Origin: Gemmatimonadota bacterium
GTDB lineage: Bacteria > Gemmatimonadota > Gemmatimonadetes > Gemmatimonadales > GWC2-71-9
Direction: 5' to 3'
Assembly: GCA_036679605.1 (NCBI GenBank)
Contig: JAZDCZ010000057.1
Span: 1-11,770 of the forward strand
Length of the DNA: 11,770 bases
Shown here one piece after another: positions 6,874-11,770 of this stretch (positions are counted from its first letter, which is position 1; each line of letters begins with the position of its first letter). Under the pieces are notes generated by a model. The model had not been told where the DNA came from and ran no database searches. It was given only the letters and a program-made list of their open reading frames with translations. A program made the translations under genes and the position numbers.

Positions 6874-7455
6874 CTACCCCTTTGGCGTGTATGTCCCCTC
6901 GGCCATGCGGTCCATCTCTATTGTCCACTCGCCGGTCTTGACGAAGTTATCGAGCAGGTGATCGGGGATTCTGCTTAGGTTGAAGCCGTGGGTGTGGTTG
7001 TGGTCGATATTCCCGGCGACTTGGATGCGCTGATCCGCGCCGCCGAGTAAGAACGCCTCCAGCTTGGCTATCTTCTCTAACGTGGCCAGATTCAGGTCTG
7101 CGTCTTGGATGCCGACGGCCTCGAATCGCTCTATAAACCGCGTTTTATATGCCCGAACCGCCTGCAGGGTTTCGCGGTTGGCTTGTACCAAGTCGTAGTC
7201 TTCCAACCGTGCAGCCTCGGTGTGTACGGCCGTGAGTCGCTCCCGTAACGCCGGCCATCCTCGCCGGGGATATCCGCGCTTGATCGTACGCTCGGCCGTC
7301 TCGCGGGAGACCCCGCACTGCGAGACCACGTAGCTTACCGATTGCTGCTCGGCGTATGCCGCATACATCCGGTCGTAGGTGTCCTTGTCGATCCGCTTGC
7401 CACCGTCGATCGTGAACCGACTCGGGGTCTTCTGTATGGCTGTGCACTGGCTCAT
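6874..7455 (-). CDS. HTH protein resembling a phage terminase small subunit (193 aa from ATG 7455)
   Basis: N-terminal HTH-like 'QSVSYVVSQCGVSRETAERTIKRG..RGW', a helical middle, and the tail 'LEKIAKLEAFLLGGADQRIQVAGNIDHNHTH..NLSRIPDHLL', which matches the TerS-like layout. The track extension to TTG 7515 looks non-coding. Function is assigned by pattern recognition only. Confidence 0.6.
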   Translation of the reverse strand: MSQCTAIQKTPSRFTIDGGKRIDKDTYDRMYAAYAEQQSVSYVVSQCGVSRETAERTIKRGYPRRGWPALRERLTAVHTEAARLEDYDLVQANRETLQAVRAYKTRFIERFEAVGIQDADLNLATLEKIAKLEAFLLGGADQRIQVAGNIDHNHTHGFNLSRIPDHLLDNFVKTGEWTIEMDRMAEGTYTPKG

Positions 7456-7511
7456 GGATCCATTGTCACGAAAAGAGCCAGGCTGTCCAGGCCAACGGTA
7501 ACAGCACAAAT

Positions 7512-7576
7512 GCAAGAAGGGCCCGGCTCACGACAAAACCGGGCCACTCGATCTAAACGCTCCGTTACTCGGAGCG
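7512..7576 (-). terminator. Two tandem GC-rich hairpins after the 640-aa gene; probable terminator
   Basis: On the minus strand, CGCTCCG-AGTAA-CGGAGCG followed by TTT (7576-7555), then GGCCCGG-N12-CCGGGCC followed by CTTCTTG (7545-7513). The U-tracts are weak. Confidence 0.4.
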
Positions 7577-7578
7577 CC

Positions 7579-9501
7579 CTACTTCAGCTGCGCTTTATAC
7601 AGCATGCCTTTGTCTTTTTTCACCTGGTTCATCGTTGCCTCGACGCACAGACCGTCGCCCGTCAGCAGCTGGATCGTAGGGGCTACGTTGCCCGTCAGTT
7701 GCGACACAACTCCGCTTGGAAGTGCTGTCTGACCCTTGGCGGCGTTATTCTTGCCTGTAGCATCGGCCTTGCCCTTGCCGGGATCCCCCGAGACGTAGCC
7801 TATCTTCAATATGCCGTCGGTCGAGCTGCCCTTGTCCTTGTAGCCATAACCCTTGCTGCCCCTTGCCTTCCAGCAGGGTTTGCCAACACAAAGTTGGCCG
7901 GCTCGATCGACGATGAATTCTTGAACCAGCGTGTCATTGTCGGCGTAGATGCAAAGAGTGACGCTGGTATCACGATCTACCGGATTACCGAAGCCGGCCT
8001 GAGTGGTGGCACCGGAGATATTCCTCCACTGCAGCTTCATCTTCTCTTTGCCGGCCTTTTTCTCACTGTACTGGAGCTTGGCCTCGGAAACTGTCAACGC
8101 ACAGGGGGACTTCAGTTCCGCACAGCGGTTCGTGTAGCGCCGGGCCCAGGCCACAACACTGACTCCTGGGGGTGGGGGACTATTGCGCTTACTATCCCAG
8201 GCCACGACAAACCTGTCTCCCTTGCTATCGGTTCCGCTGCTGTCAACAGGGACAGCAACAGAGGGAGCTACGGCACTGGCGGCCTTGGTGATTATAAATT
8301 CGTCTCCCAACTTGCCCCCAGCGCCGTTGAAGCGCCGCCCGTCGATCTCGCCGCCAAAGTTTCCACCCAGCTCTCCAACCTGCCAGGCTGCCACGAAGCC
8401 TCCATCCACGTCGCACGCAACCGTTGCATTGCCGGACTGCTTATCCGTCCGAGCCACGTTGACCTGGAACGCGTCCCCCAACGCTGTCGCGGCGCTGTCG
8501 AAGCGCCGGGCAAAGATGTCGCGGTGCACTCCATCGTTCCGTTTGCTCTCCCACACCACCACGAAGTCGCCCGAGGAATGGGTGCAAACCGACGCGGTTT
8601 GTTCCCCCCCCAAAGAGATTGTGTTGACGGGGAACTCTGTCCCGACCGTCGCGCCGGTGTTGTCTAAACGCTGGCCGAAGATGTTGGTATTTCCGATCGG
8701 GCCGTTCTCCCACACCACAACGAAGTTGCCACTCCCGTCGGTCGAGATCGCCTGACTGGAAAGAAAGTGAGAGCCGCTCGTATTCGTGTTGACAGGGAAC
8801 TCTGTCCCGACCGTCGCGCCGGTGTTGTTGAAACGCTGGGCAAGGATGACACCGCTGGTCTGAAGCCAGACGACTACGAATTGACCGTTGGCATCCATGG
8901 ATATGCTGTTAGTGCTCTGGTTGCCGGCTGTCAGAGTATTGACTGGAAACTCCTCCACCCCCACCTTGTCGCCGGTATTGTTAAACCGCTGACCGAAGAT
9001 ATCGAAGGAACCGAACTGGTAACTAGCCCAAACCACGACGAAGTTGCCGGCGGCATCAACGACCAGGTGCGGTCCTCTCTGATCCTGGGTCGTGTACGTG
9101 TTGACGAGGAACTCGGTCCCGAGAGGTTGGCCCATCGGGTTGAAGCGTCGCCCGAGAATATTATGAGCTGCCACTCCAACGGCAGGGATATCCTCTGCGG
9201 CCCACACCACCACGAAACTACCGTCGGCAGCGCTGGATACCTTCGGGGACTTATCTAACGACGGGTCTGTAATGCCCCGGTCAGAGGTGCTGACTTGGAA
9301 CTCCTCGCCCGCGGGGGGGATCGATAACCCCGAGGCACCTACAGGGAAGCCCCATGCGAGAATAAACACCCCGAAGGCAAGTAGGCCTGTAAACGAACAG
9401 TTACTCCAAAAAACGTGGCGGAGCAGATTCCAAGTACCCGCTGACGTTGTTTGTACAAGTTCTTGGCGCGAGTTGGACTTTCGGGTGACGCTGTAATGCA
9501 A
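7579..9501 (-). CDS. Secreted 7-repeat beta-propeller-type protein with a Lys/Gly/Cys-rich C-terminal domain
   Basis: TTG start with SD AAAGGAGGG. Hydrophobic signal segment 'GLLAFGVFILAWGFPVGASG'. Seven ~55-aa repeats (EFxVNT...DxxGxFVVVW...IFxQRFxxxG) at about 9306-8134. Distinct C-terminal domain at 8124-7582. Confidence 0.9.
   Translation of the reverse strand: MHYSVTRKSNSRQELVQTTSAGTWNLLRHVFWSNCSFTGLLAFGVFILAWGFPVGASGLSIPPAGEEFQVSTSDRGITDPSLDKSPKVSSAADGSFVVVWAAEDIPAVGVAAHNILGRRFNPMGQPLGTEFLVNTYTTQDQRGPHLVVDAAGNFVVVWASYQFGSFDIFGQRFNNTGDKVGVEEFPVNTLTAGNQSTNSISMDANGQFVVVWLQTSGVILAQRFNNTGATVGTEFPVNTNTSGSHFLSSQAISTDGSGNFVVVWENGPIGNTNIFGQRLDNTGATVGTEFPVNTISLGGEQTASVCTHSSGDFVVVWESKRNDGVHRDIFARRFDSAATALGDAFQVNVARTDKQSGNATVACDVDGGFVAAWQVGELGGNFGGEIDGRRFNGAGGKLGDEFIITKAASAVAPSVAVPVDSSGTDSKGDRFVVAWDSKRNSPPPPGVSVVAWARRYTNRCAELKSPCALTVSEAKLQYSEKKAGKEKMKLQWRNISGATTQAGFGNPVDRDTSVTLCIYADNDTLVQEFIVDRAGQLCVGKPCWKARGSKGYGYKDKGSSTDGILKIGYVSGDPGKGKADATGKNNAAKGQTALPSGVVSQLTGNVAPTIQLLTGDGLCVEATMNQVKKDKGMLYKAQLK
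8621..8839. repeat. Near-identical intragenic direct repeat (8621-8674 vs 8786-8839)
   Basis: 51/54 nt identical, including a 34-nt perfect run; offset 165 nt (55 codons). Confidence 0.95.
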
Positions 9502-9640
9502 AGGGAAGCCCTCCTTTCCCTGGCGACCGTGCCGCCGGACCTAGGCTGCTCCCCCGAGCCACATAGGGCAGACGGGACGTATGTCGTGCGGAGCCTACCA
9601 CACCGCCGCACGAGCCGTCTATACCCAATAAGGGGGTGTC

Positions 9641-9751
9641 CTATACATCCCCGTGAGCACGAAAACCCCCACGCTACGTGCCCTTTTTCGAACGTAACTC
9701 CTACGGGGGCATTACTCCCGCTCTCCGGAGCCACCACAACATCGTTCCGGA
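9641..9751. repeat. Diverged direct repeat family 2, copy A (partner 11301..11396)
   Basis: 9641-9701 vs 11301-11361 align ungapped at 45/61. A further block, 9737-9751 vs 11382-11396, matches at 12/15. Confidence 0.8.
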
Positions 9752-9953
9752 CCTGCAATTCCAGGCCTCTGAAACCCGCCTATATGGCGGTTCTTACACG
9801 GACGAAACAGGCTACCTAGTAGGTCAGGTCCAGTGTAGAGTTACGCGGACAAACGATGGCCAGGGATGTCTCGCTTGCAGCATCGGCTCAATTGGTGTGA
9901 GTCCAACTGGTGGGGAGCTCCGGTAGACAGAAACGGACAGTTCTCCTTTGGCG

Positions 9954-11306
9954 CTACAAGCGTTTTTCAGCGTCCGAAGGGTCGGACACATGCAACGCCT
10001 CAAGCCGCGCACGGTACCAGTGGTTCGCCGCCCAAATGACTATTCCCGCAACTGCCAGCTGCGGGATCGCCCACGCCGACTCGACCCACTTCGGGATGAT
10101 CTTGAGAAAAACAATAATGACCGCCGTGTATGCGCTCACGCCGCCCAACGATGCGAGAGACACAATCTGGTCCTGGGCCGACAGGCCAACACGCAGATTG
10201 CGGTAGTAGACGGCCCCTCCAACCCATGCCGCCAGCATCGCGGCTACGGCCATTGCACCATATGTGTACGACGTAGATTCAGACTCCTCAGGGTAGACCC
10301 CGGGATTGTCGGACGGCACGCCGAGCAAGTCGAAAAGCACGAAAATACCAACCATCATCGCTACGAAGGCGATGATGCCAACGGACCAGCCAAGTACGAG
10401 ATACCTAGTGTTAACGTCGTAATCGCGGTCGAGATTACGCATCCTACAATCCGGGCACTTTTTCACCTGTCGCGGAATACTGTTCCCGCACCTGTGGCAT
10501 GCACCGTCATTAAGGGGCCAATCCCTCCCACAGTATTGGCACTTATCCGTCTCTAGAGGCAGCCCCGCGCCGCATTGGCGACACGCGTAGAACTCCTGGC
10601 GCTTGTCGCTGATGGTTCCGTTCCTACGCCATGTTTCCCGACGTCTTTTCTCAAAAGCCGCTACTTCAATATCCCGCTCTCGCTGCAACACCGCTTGGGC
10701 TTTCAATTCCTCTTGTTCTTTTTTCCACTCGTCGAAGAGTTCCGCTTCGAACGGCTCGTGCTCTGACTGAATCCGTTCGTCCTCTTCAGCCAGCGCTTCT
10801 TCAAAGCATTGGTCGAACTCCTCGTCGGTCATGCCCAACTCCTGCTGAAGCTCGTCTAACTCTCTTGACGTTTGCTCCTCACTCTCCGTTAGTGGTTCAA
10901 TGGCGGGCGTAACAACCACAGGTGCATCTGCAAGCTGTTCGGCGTCAACGCCCTCTTGCAATGCCAGCGGCTCCTCCGCGAACTCGCCTTCTACTCCTGC
11001 TGCCGGTTCGCTATACGATTCCTGTTCGCTGAGCCAAACTCTAAACGCACGGTCTTCTTCCGACGTTCGCGCGCGGAACGCGGCGAGAGTGGCCTCATCC
11101 TCTTTCTCGATTTCCAGCTCGGCTTGCCGGACTTCTTCCGGGGTGATGCCTTCTTCTTTAACCCAACGCGAAAACTCGTCTTCCGCCGGCTCCACCGCGG
11201 CGTCCGCGACTTTCTTAGAATCCCTATGACCCAATGCCATTTCCCCGTGCGATTGTAGGTAGCCAGCCGAGCCGAGCCAATCTGCCACGACCTCTAAGCC
11301 CGACAC
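9954..11306 (-). CDS. Membrane protein with a Glu-rich N-terminus, double zinc ribbon and four predicted TM helices
   Basis: Four CxxC pairs (CRQC, CQYC, CHRC, CPDC; 10583-10446). Four hydrophobic segments in the C-terminal third. Highly acidic N-terminal half. Start uncertain (GTG 11306 or ATG 11240). Confidence 0.85.
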   Translation of the reverse strand: MSGLEVVADWLGSAGYLQSHGEMALGHRDSKKVADAAVEPAEDEFSRWVKEEGITPEEVRQAELEIEKEDEATLAAFRARTSEEDRAFRVWLSEQESYSEPAAGVEGEFAEEPLALQEGVDAEQLADAPVVVTPAIEPLTESEEQTSRELDELQQELGMTDEEFDQCFEEALAEEDERIQSEHEPFEAELFDEWKKEQEELKAQAVLQRERDIEVAAFEKRRRETWRRNGTISDKRQEFYACRQCGAGLPLETDKCQYCGRDWPLNDGACHRCGNSIPRQVKKCPDCRMRNLDRDYDVNTRYLVLGWSVGIIAFVAMMVGIFVLFDLLGVPSDNPGVYPEESESTSYTYGAMAVAAMLAAWVGGAVYYRNLRVGLSAQDQIVSLASLGGVSAYTAVIIVFLKIIPKWVESAWAIPQLAVAGIVIWAANHWYRARLEALHVSDPSDAEKRL

Positions 11307-11396
11307 ATCCCCCTGCGCAACAAAACACCCCAGCTACGTGCCGGTTTCGGAGCACAACTCCCCTGCCCGGCACATTCCCTCCAACAGGGTCCCGGA
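11301..11396. repeat. Diverged direct repeat family 2, copy B (partner 9641..9751)
   Basis: Same alignment as copy A; core offset 1660 nt. Confidence 0.8.
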
Positions 11397-11691
11397 GACT
11401 CGAAAACCTGAGATAACCCCCTAGTTTGTGGCAAGAACGGATCGATGGCCGTCTGCCCGGAAACTACCCCGGTAAGCGCGACTAGAATGGATAAAGCCTC
11501 CGGGTGGCTACTCCCCTACCTGTAATCGGAGTTAGGTCGTCGCATACAGCAGGAAGCACGGTCCACGAACATAGGATCGCATGTTTGAGCGTGGTCGGTG
11601 GGTTGTTCCGGGGTGCCCGCTTTTGCGCCGGCTCGGTGGTCCACTTTTCTACCGGTGTCGACACTCCGTCATTGACCAGCGTGGCTATAGG

Positions 11692-11770
11692 TCACAGTGC
11701 CCCTTCGAGGATATCCTTGCGCACGTTGAAGAGACAGACGATCTTGGGGAGAACCCCGCCGGGGTCTACT
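11692..11770 (-). CDS. Probable 3' end of a gene entering from the right edge (...VDPGGVLPKIVCLFNVRKDILEGAL*)
   Basis: Open frame from the edge to TGA at 11694-11692; most codons end in G/C. Too short to identify. Confidence 0.35.
   Translation of the reverse strand, partial: VDPGGVLPKIVCLFNVRKDILEGAL

Noticed and set aside
8621..8839. Possible DGR template/variable repeat pair or CRISPR repeats
   Set aside because: No reverse transcriptase or cas genes in the window. Both copies are in-frame protein repeats, the mismatches are not adenine-specific, and there is no spacer array.
7342..9258. Long plus-strand ORFs (441 aa, 190 aa, 163 aa)
   Set aside because: Antisense to the well-supported 640-aa repeat protein; expected from codon bias in GC-rich genes.
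5169..9319. Homopolymer tracts (C8 at 5169-5176, C8 at 8604-8611, G7 at 9313-9319) as phase-variation switches
   Set aside because: Short, explained by Gly-Gly or Pro-Pro codons, and the reading frames are intact.
9520..9950. Riboswitch (e.g. c-di-GMP) or sigma54 promoter in the long leader; RRLVRRC similarity of ORF 9339..9758 to the small-ORF family
   Set aside because: GEMM motif elements were not found by eye, GGCACG lacks a correctly spaced -12 TTGC, and the peptide similarity is too short to distinguish from chance.
11482..11664. 60-aa ORF and other short ORFs near the right end
   Set aside because: No convincing SD, motif or codon bias.

Overview
GC-rich bacterial accessory region in which every credible gene lies on the minus strand. 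From right to left: (i) a probable gene 3' end at the right edge; (ii) a membrane protein with an acidic N-terminus, a double zinc ribbon and 4 TM helices; (iii) a 640-aa secreted protein with 7 'EFxVNT...FVVVW...RF' beta-propeller-type repeats and a Lys/Gly/Cys-rich C-terminal domain; (iv) an orphan HTH protein resembling a phage terminase small subunit; (v) a secreted LamG + Cys-rich repeat + dockerin-like protein; (vi) a Cys-rich PAS-LuxR regulator; (vii) a >906-aa secreted streptopain-family (C10) cysteine protease fused to a PQQ-like propeller and an Fn3-like domain. The protease is missing from the ORF track because it runs off the left edge. The dockerin-like and C-terminal modules recall Candidatus Binatia-type proteins (recollection, not verified). 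The most unusual signal is in the intergenic DNA. Two paralogous small ORFs with good Shine-Dalgarno sites (MITRxLRRxxxHAC...SxGR) flank the luxR gene. A tandem 7-2-7 palindromic operator sits at the class II activator position of a predicted promoter upstream of the protease. Two further palindromes with 2-bp spacers lie upstream of neighbouring genes. A second, unrelated 60-110 bp element is duplicated on both sides of the zinc-ribbon gene.
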